Positions 40,641 to 48,071 of a stretch of DNA of 51,207 nt are shown here, piece after piece. The DNA is from a virus: the IMG/VR virus record IMGVR_UViG_3300026907_000016. One strand, written 5' to 3'. Position 1 is the first letter of the stretch; every line of letters begins with the position of its first letter. The translations under genes were made by a program, and so were the position numbers. Under the pieces are notes generated by a model. The model saw nothing but the letters and a program-made list of their open reading frames with translations, did not search any database and was not told where the DNA came from.

Positions 40641-41341
40641 CTAACCGTCCTTCTTATGGATGACGGAAAGCGCCTCTCGCTCCATCACGCGGATGTCTGC
40701 GAAGAGGTCTTGCCATCTGGATTTGGGGATTTGCTTGATGCGGAAAACATCGACGAACACGGAATAGTCGAGCCCGGTAGGACCCGACATTCCGATCCGC
40801 CATTGGGTTGCAAGCTCGCTGAAGACGGCCAGCGGCTCGGCGCAGTCGGGGTAGACGCCAATCACGTCATCCCCAACGTCATCCAGGGTAAGGCCGAAGA
40901 ACGCCAGAGCTTCGGCGTCTTCGCCCTTCTCGTAGAGTGCGCCGGCCGCCTTGGTCAGTTTCCCAGGCGTGCCGGGTCGAGGCCGTCGAAGTAGGACTTC
41001 ATGATCGCATCATAGATCGACTTGCCACCATCCAGCAGGCGGCGAATGGCGTCGTCGCTGACTGCATCGTCAAACTCCCAACCCTCGACGATATCGGCGA
41101 TCTCCTGCACTTCCACTTCCACCATGGCGCCAACTACGTCACGCAGCCCGCTGTTCTGACCCTCGAACTCTTTGGCAGCGTCCTCGCGCCGTGCTTTCCA
41201 TGTGTCGGTCAGTTCGGCCTGCTCGGTACGGGTGCGATACTTGAAGGTCATCCCGACCTCGATCATCTCGCCGCCCGCGCGGTGGATGCCGACTTTCGAG
41301 GCGAAGGTCGGGTTCTGCTCGATCTTGAACTTGGCAGCCAT
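40641..41341 (-). CDS. Tail assembly chaperone GT fusion by -1 programmed frameshift
   Basis: After G GGA AAC, the -1 frame reads LTKAAGALYEKGEDAEALAFFGLTLDDVGDDVIGVYPDC..., which is in frame with ORF 40641..40865 (DUF1799-like). Confidence 0.7.
40955..41341 (-). CDS. Tail assembly chaperone G
   Basis: 128 aa. Lies between the tail tube and tape measure genes and ends at the slip site ...CTG GGA AAC TGA. Confidence 0.75.
   Translation of the reverse strand: MAAKFKIEQNPTFASKVGIHRAGGEMIEVGMTFKYRTRTEQAELTDTWKARREDAAKEFEGQNSGLRDVVGAMVEVEVQEIADIVEGWEFDDAVSDDAIRRLLDGGKSIYDAIMKSYFDGLDPARLGN
40958..40964 (-). other. -1 slippery heptamer GGGAAAC
   Basis: X XXY YYZ pattern in the zero frame, immediately before the G stop codon. 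Confidence 0.75.
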
Positions 41342-41350
41342 GGGAGTTCC

Positions 41351-41998
41351 TTAGGCGTTGTAGCGGGTCGGGCGACCGGAAAGGGAGAAGGTCATGGTGC
41401 GGGTCATGAGGTTGTTCCGCGCCAGGGCCGGGGTCTCGCTGATGGTCGTGTAGCCGTTGTAGAGAATCTTGTCGCCGTTCGGCAGGTTCAGGCGCAGACC
41501 GGTCGGGTTGCGGCTCTGGTCTGCGGCTTCGGCCACGGCCACGAAGGGCTGAGTCGAGTCGTCGGCCACGACGATGTTCATGCTCATCGGGCTGCGGGTG
41601 GTCGGCAGCTGACGGTCATCGTTCTCTTCGAGGAAGCCGAACTGGAAGAATTGCTGTTCGCCACCGGAAGTGGTCACGTCGGTGACCTGGGTCACGGCGA
41701 CGAAGGCAGTGATCTCGCGGCAGCTACCAGCGCCACCAGCGGCCGGGAAGCGCGAGGTGTCGGTGGTGTTGATGTCTTCCAGTTGGAAGGTGTCCGTGGT
41801 GGAGCCCGCAACACGGAACAGGCGGCCATTGAGGCCAGTCCAGCCGGAGGTCAGCTCGATGATGTCACCGTTGCTGAGGCCGTGCGCCGTGGCCGTGACC
41901 ACTGCCGGGTTGGCGTTGCTGATGGCGCTGACGGTGATCGGCGACCCGTAGGTGGAGGCCAGATCGAAGGTCGAGCCGTTGGGCAATCTGAAAGCCAT
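41351..41998 (-). CDS. Major tail tube protein
   Basis: 215 aa. Position upstream of G/GT. N-terminal beta-domain ITVSAISNANPAVVTATAHGLSNGDIIELTSGWTGLNGR. Confidence 0.8.
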   Translation of the reverse strand: MAFRLPNGSTFDLASTYGSPITVSAISNANPAVVTATAHGLSNGDIIELTSGWTGLNGRLFRVAGSTTDTFQLEDINTTDTSRFPAAGGAGSCREITAFVAVTQVTDVTTSGGEQQFFQFGFLEENDDRQLPTTRSPMSMNIVVADDSTQPFVAVAEAADQSRNPTGLRLNLPNGDKILYNGYTTISETPALARNNLMTRTMTFSLSGRPTRYNA

Positions 41999-42100
41999 GG
42001 TATGTCTCCTCGGATTTTTTCAATCCGGGGAGGCGTGGCGATCAGCGGGGCCTTGCGGCGTGGCTGTTCAGCGTGCCCGGTATTCGGTGTTGGTTGCCGA

Positions 42101-42205
42101 CTATTCGGCTTGGTCGTGCTCTTTAAGCCAGCGCTCCCATGCCGCGATGGCGGCCTTGGCTGCGCGGATCAGACTGCGGTGCAGTTCTTTGGTCAGTTCG
42201 CTCAT
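42101..42205 (-). CDS. Candidate 34-aa helical ORF
   Basis: MSELTKELHRSLIRAAKAAIAAWERWLKEHDQAE*. ATGA overlap with the upstream small gene. Confidence 0.25.
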   Translation of the reverse strand: MSELTKELHRSLIRAAKAAIAAWERWLKEHDQAE

Positions 42206-42405
42206 GTCTCTTCCATCTGCATTTCGTAGAGCAACTTCGCAGCGGCCAGCGAAAAAAACTCCCCGCACGCCGTGCATGCAAATTCCGGCTCCCATGGACC
42301 AAGGTCGCCGACCTGTTCAACGCTGCGATGCCTGCACTGGGATTCATCCATCGTCACGATGCGGCACATAGACCCATCACTCGTCGGCAGATCAACGATA
42401 GGCAT
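42202..42405 (-). CDS. Small zinc-ribbon-like protein (67 aa)
   Basis: Internal start MPIVDLPTSDGSMCRIV after SD AGGAGCAA. Cys pairs C..C...CTAC. Confidence 0.4.
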   Translation of the reverse strand: MPIVDLPTSDGSMCRIVTMDESQCRHRSVEQVGDLGPWEPEFACTACGEFFSLAAAKLLYEMQMEET

Positions 42406-42413
42406 GCTTGCTC

Positions 42414-42830
42414 CTATGGGGTGTCCGCCCGGTACTGGCAGGACACTGGAACTCGGGTGTACGGGGTGCCGACCTGGGCCGGCGCGGCACTCATCGGCGA
42501 GCGGACGAACACGGAGAAAGCCCCGCTGGTCAGCTGCAGGTTGTTCGGGAACAGCGCGGCCAGTTCGTCCTCGATGCCGCCGGCGGCCACCAAGCCAGTG
42601 CCCGCAGGCTTGACGATGGTCACCTGCCAGACGCCCTGGTAGAGCTTGTGCTCGCCGGCCAGATCCTGGCTGTCGGTCGTGGCCGGTAGCAGGAAGCACT
42701 CGAGGTACGTCTCGTTGCTGTTCGGGGTGAACGGAGCATCCTGGTACGCCACCCGAATGACCGGCACGCGCGCGGCGGCCCAGTCCTTGAGGCGCTTCTC
42801 GAACAGGTTGCGGATCAGTTTGTTGCTCAT
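42414..42830 (-). CDS. Tail terminator / tail completion protein (DUF4128-like)
   Basis: 138 aa. MSNKLIRNLFEKRLKDWAA... Position just upstream of the tube module. Confidence 0.6.
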   Translation of the reverse strand: MSNKLIRNLFEKRLKDWAAARVPVIRVAYQDAPFTPNSNETYLECFLLPATTDSQDLAGEHKLYQGVWQVTIVKPAGTGLVAAGGIEDELAALFPNNLQLTSGAFSVFVRSPMSAAPAQVGTPYTRVPVSCQYRADTP

Positions 42831-43402
42831 TGCGGCAGGCTCGCTACGGCGCGGTTGACGTAGGTCTGGAACTCTGCTACGGAGATGCGAACCATCCCGC
42901 TCGGCGCCTGGCTAGACCAGCCTTCGAACTCCAGGCGCGGGCCATAAGGCAGATTGTTTACCGCCCATATCGTGCCGACTTCGGACGTAAAGCCCAGCAC
43001 CACCTGGCTAGCTGCCGACTTGGTGCTATCCCCCTGTGGGTCGATTCGCTCCAGTTGGCCGGTAGCCTTGGTGTCGAAGGTTACCTGCCAGTTCCCGCGG
43101 AATCGGCCGCCGACATAGCCGTCCGGACTGATGATGTCCATGCTGTCGTTGACCTTCAGGCCGCGCTTGAGACGTCCTGCCTTGGTCAGGTTGTTCGGGT
43201 CGTCCCGAAGTGATGCGTTGAACCGCACCACCTCGAGGTTGTACTCGCGAGCGGTCTGGTTTGAGGCCCAAAGCTCGGGATTGCCGACGGGCGAGCGGTC
43301 GATCACCGCCGATATCAGGTCGATGGCCGTCTTCTGCACCGCCTGCTCGGTATTGCCCTTGGCTTTCTCGATGAACTCGGCCAACTGCAGGCTGAAGCTC
43401 AT
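42827..43402 (-). CDS. HK97 gp10-like neck/tail-completion protein
   Basis: 191 aa from MSFSLQLAEFIEKAKGNTEQAV. ATGA overlaps. Confidence 0.6.
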   Translation of the reverse strand: MSFSLQLAEFIEKAKGNTEQAVQKTAIDLISAVIDRSPVGNPELWASNQTAREYNLEVVRFNASLRDDPNNLTKAGRLKRGLKVNDSMDIISPDGYVGGRFRGNWQVTFDTKATGQLERIDPQGDSTKSAASQVVLGFTSEVGTIWAVNNLPYGPRLEFEGWSSQAPSGMVRISVAEFQTYVNRAVASLPQ

Positions 43403-43785
43403 TTGCGGGCCTGCGCGTAGAAGAAGCAAGCCACGCCGGCATAGTCGCCAGGATCGACCGACTGAACGGTGTAGGTCTGGCCGTCGAACAGCACCTTGTC
43501 AAGGGTCTTGGGCTCCGGCATGTCGTCGCCGTTCAGCAACACGGGAGAGATCATGAACCGCACGTCGCCAGCCTTCACCAGCGATCCGTCGATGTCCTCC
43601 AGGCGGTAGTTCTCGCGCAGGCCTGAGCCGGCATAGTCGGTGACCGTCTCGCTACTGCCGGTGTCTGGGTCATACTCGCCAGGCACAGTGCGGCGCAGGG
43701 TCAGTTCCAGCCCCTTACCACCCTGGCTGCGCGGTGCGAGCTGCCGCGCTGCGAGCGCCTTGGAGCGGTCGTAGATGTCGGTCAC
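43399..43785 (-). CDS. Head-closure / head-tail joining protein candidate
   Basis: 128 aa. Assigned from position in the connector block. Confidence 0.5.
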   Translation of the reverse strand: MTDIYDRSKALAARQLAPRSQGGKGLELTLRRTVPGEYDPDTGSSETVTDYAGSGLRENYRLEDIDGSLVKAGDVRFMISPVLLNGDDMPEPKTLDKVLFDGQTYTVQSVDPGDYAGVACFFYAQARK

Positions 43786-44276
43786 GAGCGAACCACCTTT
43801 CCACTGTATTGGCCGAGCGTGTACTTGGCAAAGAAGCCATCCGACTGGCGGCCGGCGACAGCTTTCGCCTTGTAGCCGGTGATTTCAGAAAACTCGGTAT
43901 CAATCGGGCCGACCTTTTCGCGCTTGACCGCGCCCTTGCGCTCTTCCGGCTTGTCCGTGTCGTCCTGATGAATCTCGCAGGCCAGGGCCATCTGCCCCAG
44001 CTTGATGTTGCGCGGCAGGGATGCGCCATCAGCAATGAAGCCGCGGCGGATCGTGTAGTAGCGCGGCCATGGCAAGCCCTGCTCGTCGCGAAGCTGGGCG
44101 CCAACCCACTGGAAGCGCCACATCTCGACGCCAGCACGGCGCAGCAGGGATTCCTGATCTGCTGTGTCGGCCGGCACGGTAAACCCGTAGTCGGTGGCGA
44201 ACTGGGCAAGCTCAGCGGCGGTAGCGAAAGAATCCGCGTCAGCCTTGCCGCTGCCGTCTTCGATTACGAGTGCCAT
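43782..44276 (-). CDS. Head-tail connector (adaptor) candidate
   Basis: 164 aa from MALVIEDGSGKADADSFATAAEL, a typical adaptor N-terminus. Confidence 0.55.
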   Translation of the reverse strand: MALVIEDGSGKADADSFATAAELAQFATDYGFTVPADTADQESLLRRAGVEMWRFQWVGAQLRDEQGLPWPRYYTIRRGFIADGASLPRNIKLGQMALACEIHQDDTDKPEERKGAVKREKVGPIDTEFSEITGYKAKAVAGRQSDGFFAKYTLGQYSGKVVRS

Positions 44277-44280
44277 GCGC

Positions 44281-45030
44281 TTACTCCACCACGACGAAAG
44301 AGGCTTGCTGATGCGCGGTGCGAGCCAGCGGCTCAACCTTGCGGCCATGCTTCGCGATCCACTCGCACAGCGCTTTCCACTCACCATCGCGCCAGTTCGG
44401 ATACCAGGACTCGGCGAAGTCGACCAGCTCGTCGAACACCAGCACGGTGCCGGCGACGATGCGGTCGTTCATGCCGCTAAGCACGTGCGCGGCCGATTCG
44501 TACAGGTCGCAATCGATGTGCACTAGGGCCAGCGGCTCTTCATGCTCGGCCAGCCACGCGGGGATGGTGTCGGCGAACCAGCCTGGCACCAAGTGAGCGC
44601 GGTTCGGCAGGTCAGTCGGCAGATCGGTTGCGAAATGACCTACAGGGTGCGGCTCACCTGTGCCGGTATCCCAGGCGCTCGGCAGGCCCTCGAACGAGTC
44701 GAAGCCGTAGGTCAGGCCTTTGCGCACGTCGATGATCGCGGCAAGCGAGTTGCCGGTGAATACGCCGAACTCCGCCGCAGTGCCGGCCGGCGCAGTGCGC
44801 GCGGCGTGCTGCAGATGCTCACGGCGGCTATCAATGACTGGCGCGGCCTTGATCGCGTCCAGCAGGGCGACTTCGGCGGCCGGTTGGGCAGCCTTCTTCA
44901 CCACTTCGGCGGCCGGTTGGGCAGCCTTCTTCACCACTTCGGCGGCCGGTTGGGCAGCAGGTGCTCCACCAGAAACCGCGCTGCTGTTCCGCTTCGAAAC
45001 TCTTGCCATGTCCATTGCCCCCAAGCGCAC
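44281..45030 (-). CDS. TylF/MycF-like class I SAM-dependent (O-)methyltransferase with an N-terminal AAQPAAEVVKK repeat
   Basis: AAEFGVFTGNS (SAM motif I) and LALVHIDCDLYESAAHVL (TylF hallmark). The start is one of three ATGs at 45030, 45015 or 45009. Confidence 0.75.
   Translation of the reverse strand: MRLGAMDMARVSKRNSSAVSGGAPAAQPAAEVVKKAAQPAAEVVKKAAQPAAEVALLDAIKAAPVIDSRREHLQHAARTAPAGTAAEFGVFTGNSLAAIIDVRKGLTYGFDSFEGLPSAWDTGTGEPHPVGHFATDLPTDLPNRAHLVPGWFADTIPAWLAEHEEPLALVHIDCDLYESAAHVLSGMNDRIVAGTVLVFDELVDFAESWYPNWRDGEWKALCEWIAKHGRKVEPLARTAHQQASFVVVE
44871..44959. repeat. 33-bp tandem repeat, about 2.7 copies
   Basis: acttcggcggccggttgggcagccttcttcacc occurs at 44871 and 44904, with a partial copy at 44937-44959. 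Confidence 0.9.
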
Positions 45031-45749
45031 CGGTAGAAGTGCGCGAGACGTTGATTGATGTCCGGCAATTGCTCGCCAGACAGCGATTCCCAGGCGGCGC
45101 CAGGGAAAGTCGAGATGACCGGCACGCCGGCCAGCAGGGCGTCATGCCCCATGTTGCTGTTGCCTGTTACGACCAGGCGCGCACCTGCCAGCGCATCGCC
45201 CATGTCGGGCGGTGCCAGCGGTAGTCCGTAGGTCAGTTCAGGCGCTTTCGGGTGCGGCCTGATTCGCGCATTGGGAAAGCGCTCGGCCTGCTGTAGCACC
45301 CATGTCGCCATTGCGTCCAGATCGCAGCCATGGGCGGCGTCTCCGGGCATTTGCGGGCAAATCAGGGCGTATCCATTAGGATCGCCTCCGCGCTCTTCTA
45401 CGCGCAGCCCAAGCGCATCAAACCGGCCAGGCGGGCAATCCCATGGCGGGAGCTGATTCAGCCCGCCAAGACCAACCTGCCAATGGCCTGTCTGAAAGTC
45501 GGCCTCGCCGTGCACGCGCCGGAGATAGCCATAGTCGACGACGACAACCGGCGTCCCGGCGTAGTCGGCGCGGATGATGTCGCCTTTGCCGCGAAGGCCG
45601 AAGACAGCGACAGCATCAAACGATTCGGTGCAGCCAGGCGCGTGGTCAGACAGCGACCGTAGCCTGGCTTGGTGTCCCGCTTCGACGAGGCCCCGGCGAA
45701 ACGCCAGAGCCCCCTCGAATCCATCACGGGCGTAGATGCCCCACTGCAT
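44931..45749 (-). CDS. Glycosyltransferase-like protein (GT-B / capsule-synthesis-like C-terminal half)
   Basis: 272 aa from MQWGIYARDGFEG. The ATG overlaps the capsid gene stop (TAATG). ALICPQMPGD...IRPHPKAP...ARLVVTGNSNMGHDALLAGVPVI. Confidence 0.5.
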   Translation of the reverse strand: MQWGIYARDGFEGALAFRRGLVEAGHQARLRSLSDHAPGCTESFDAVAVFGLRGKGDIIRADYAGTPVVVVDYGYLRRVHGEADFQTGHWQVGLGGLNQLPPWDCPPGRFDALGLRVEERGGDPNGYALICPQMPGDAAHGCDLDAMATWVLQQAERFPNARIRPHPKAPELTYGLPLAPPDMGDALAGARLVVTGNSNMGHDALLAGVPVISTFPGAAWESLSGEQLPDINQRLAHFYRCAWGQWTWQEFRSGTAARFLVEHLLPNRPPKW

Positions 45750-46741
45750 TAGCGGGACTGGATCACCACGCCGGCGAAGTCCTTGTAGGAGCCACGAACG
45801 GCGTCCCAGTTGGAACCGGTGCCCAGGGTGGCGTCGGACGGGTTGGCAGCGCCGTTGGCGATGTCCCACTTGAAGCCCTTCACGCCCAGGTTGTAGGCGA
45901 ACTCGCCTTGCATCCGGGTGATCAGGTTCTCCTTACCGGTGACGTTCTCGATCACCAGCTCTTCTTCCTCGGTGTTCTCGACGATGAGCGCATCGGCGGT
46001 CAGACCCAGGGCGAAGTAGTCGGTGGTCGCAGCCGAGCCGGAGCCAGCGGTGACAACCAGGGCATCGGAGTCGGTCACCAGAACCGGACGGTTCAGGGTA
46101 ACCGGGGTGCCGGTGGCCACGTTGAAGTTGGACACGCCGTCGATGTTGGCGGTGATCTGAGCTTGCACCAGGTCGTAGTACTGCTTGGAGTGCATGACCC
46201 AGCAGACGATCTGGCCAGCGGCGTCGCCGAACTTCGACAGACCGGTGACCAGGCCTGCGGTGTTCAGGGTGCCGTTGGTGGCGATGGTGTGCTTGACCGC
46301 CGACTGCGCGTTCAGAGCAGCACGACCGGCGCGCAGAGCGGAGTTCAGCATTTCCACCTGCATGGCCTTGGCGGCCATCTCGCCGAGCAGGAAGCTCATT
46401 TCGTCTTCAGCCAGACCAGCCATGATCTTGCGGAAGGCGTCCTTGGTCTGGTCAACCGGGCCGATCTTGCGGTTCAGCTTGACGCTGATCCATTCGTCCT
46501 GGGTCATGCCGAGGATGGTGGCGTCGGATACCGAGGTGGTATCGCGGCGGGTGATCAGGTTCGCCACGTTCTTGAAGAACGCCTGCTGCGAATAGTCACC
46601 GCGACGGCTCAGGGTGCTGAGGCTGATGGCGCCGGCCGAAGCGGCGTTGAATGCGTTGCTGTTCTGGGTCAGGGTCTCGACGATACCCGCCTGGAACTGG
46701 TCCTGATAGACCTTGAAGTCAGAAGCTTTACCTGCGGCCAT
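45749..46741 (-). CDS. Major capsid protein
   Basis: 330 aa. Immediately after the scaffold gene, with high GC3. Size and position are typical of a capsid protein. Confidence 0.8.
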   Translation of the reverse strand: MAAGKASDFKVYQDQFQAGIVETLTQNSNAFNAASAGAISLSTLSRRGDYSQQAFFKNVANLITRRDTTSVSDATILGMTQDEWISVKLNRKIGPVDQTKDAFRKIMAGLAEDEMSFLLGEMAAKAMQVEMLNSALRAGRAALNAQSAVKHTIATNGTLNTAGLVTGLSKFGDAAGQIVCWVMHSKQYYDLVQAQITANIDGVSNFNVATGTPVTLNRPVLVTDSDALVVTAGSGSAATTDYFALGLTADALIVENTEEEELVIENVTGKENLITRMQGEFAYNLGVKGFKWDIANGAANPSDATLGTGSNWDAVRGSYKDFAGVVIQSR

Positions 46742-46767
46742 GATGGATTCTCCCGATATGGCTTGAT

Positions 46768-47526
46768 TCAGTTAGGGAGCGCCAGATAGGCGTCTTTCCC
46801 GTGTTTGCTGATGAAAGCGGCCTTCTGCTTGGCAGACATCTGGCTGCGCGGCGTGCCTGGCCGTGCGTCGCTGCCGGTCGGACCAGAGCCACTGCCGTTG
46901 GCGTTGGCGGGGAACCAGTGCGGGCGCGTTTCTTTCATGTCCGCGAACCACTCCTTGAGGGTCAGCGGCTTACCGTCTTTGCCGAAGCGACCTTCTTTGG
47001 CGACGGGGTTGCCCTCGTCGTCCAGTTCGAAGTCGCGAGAAGCAGCCAACATGGCGTCCTCCATGGCGAACTTGTGCACACCGGCTTCGGATGCGGCACC
47101 GATCACTTCGCCCTTGAGCACGCGGGAAGCAAACTTCTCGGTGCGGGACTGGTGACGGGTGGCTTCCTGGCGAGCTGCCTCAAGGTCGCGGTCATAGCTG
47201 GACTTCATGCGTTCGGTGCGCTTGTTCAGCACTTCGTCTATCTTCCCGGCTGCGATGAGCTGGGCCTCTTCGTCGTCCGAAAAGCGCTGCAGGATGGTTT
47301 TCACTGCGTCGGGGTCGATACCTTCGAAGCTTTTCAGCTTCTCGCCCTGCTCTTTCAGCTTGCCGATCAGCTCGCCGTTTTTGGCCTTGAGGCCGCCAAC
47401 TGCTGCGCTCACCTGAGCATCGATCAGAGCTTGGATCTCGGGAGTGATCTCCGGCCCTTGGCCGCCACCACCGTTACCGCCGTCGCCGCCTTCTTCCTGC
47501 ATGAACAGCTGCTTGAGTTGGAACAT
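46768..47526 (-). CDS. Scaffolding protein
   Basis: 252 aa. A Gly-rich N-terminus followed by a charged coiled coil, upstream of the capsid gene. Confidence 0.7.
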   Translation of the reverse strand: MFQLKQLFMQEEGGDGGNGGGGQGPEITPEIQALIDAQVSAAVGGLKAKNGELIGKLKEQGEKLKSFEGIDPDAVKTILQRFSDDEEAQLIAAGKIDEVLNKRTERMKSSYDRDLEAARQEATRHQSRTEKFASRVLKGEVIGAASEAGVHKFAMEDAMLAASRDFELDDEGNPVAKEGRFGKDGKPLTLKEWFADMKETRPHWFPANANGSGSGPTGSDARPGTPRSQMSAKQKAAFISKHGKDAYLALPN

Positions 47527-47564
47527 GTGTTATCCCCTTGGGACTGTTGGCGCCCTTGGCGCAT

Positions 47565-47589
47565 AAAAAAGCCCCGGCTTTGCCGAGGC
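47565..47589 (-). terminator. Intrinsic terminator (second of a tandem pair) upstream of the scaffold gene
   Basis: Minus strand reads GCCTCGGCaaaGCCGGGGCTTTTTTAT. Confidence 0.6.
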
Positions 47590-47636
47590 TGGAAATTTGT
47601 GCTCTGTGTGTCCCTTGTCCCGGGACAGCGGACATG

Positions 47637-47661
47637 AAAAAGCCCGCTCATTGGCGGGCTT
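47637..47661 (-). terminator. Intrinsic terminator (first of a tandem pair)
   Basis: Minus strand reads AGCCCGCcaatgaGCGGGCTTTTTC. Confidence 0.65.
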
Positions 47662-47682
47662 TGGTGTTCGTTGGTGATCCGG

Positions 47683-47817
47683 CTATATAAATGTCAGCGC
47701 GATTTTGCAGAGCAGATCCATGCATAAGACCGCTGTGATTGCGAATATGGCGCCGTCAAGAACCTTTAACAGTTCTTTTAAAGCACCGATGCGATTTTGA
47801 AGCTGTACGTCATTCAT
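47683..47817 (-). CDS. Small AT-rich hydrophobic ORF (44 aa)
   Basis: MNDVQLQNRIGALKELLKVLDGAIFAITAVLCMDLLCKIALTFI*. ATGA overlap with the upstream gene. Confidence 0.3.
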   Translation of the reverse strand: MNDVQLQNRIGALKELLKVLDGAIFAITAVLCMDLLCKIALTFI

Positions 47818-48062
47818 CCGACCACCACCCTCTCCCCACGCATGAAACAGGAAGCGCACAGCAACTGCTTCGTGCCGCCGCTCGCCTTGCCGGCTTTGAT
47901 TGTCACGCCGGTCTTGGTCTCGATGACTTCCATTCCACCGCATCGATGGCAGCTTACAAAGTATTCAGGACGCGACGCTTTGACCCGATCCAGTACGCGC
48001 TGTTTTGGCGTGTCTGGCGGTGGCGTGCCTTCGATTACGGTGAATGGGTGCTTATCGGTCAT
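47814..48062 (-). CDS. Zinc-ribbon hypothetical protein (82 aa)
   Basis: CHRCGG...CASC. Lies between the head-morphogenesis and scaffold genes. Confidence 0.45.
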   Translation of the reverse strand: MTDKHPFTVIEGTPPPDTPKQRVLDRVKASRPEYFVSCHRCGGMEVIETKTGVTIKAGKASGGTKQLLCASCFMRGERVVVG

Positions 48063-48071
48063 GCGGCGATG

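Noticed and set aside
40937-42229. 430-aa plus-strand ORF across the tail chaperone and tube genes. Similar shadow ORFs: 47739..48869 (+), 45908..46789 (+), 24551..25525 (-), 35971..36687 (+), 46801..47637 (+), 49211..49963 (+)
   Set aside because: All are antisense to structural or early genes with strong family-like signals. Their compositions are dominated by G/A/R/V/L, and they lack sensible starts and SDs. I consider them non-coding shadow frames.
44871-44959. The tandem 33-bp repeat as a CRISPR-like array
   Set aside because: The copies are directly adjacent with no spacers, lie inside coding sequence and encode a peptide repeat. No cas genes are present.
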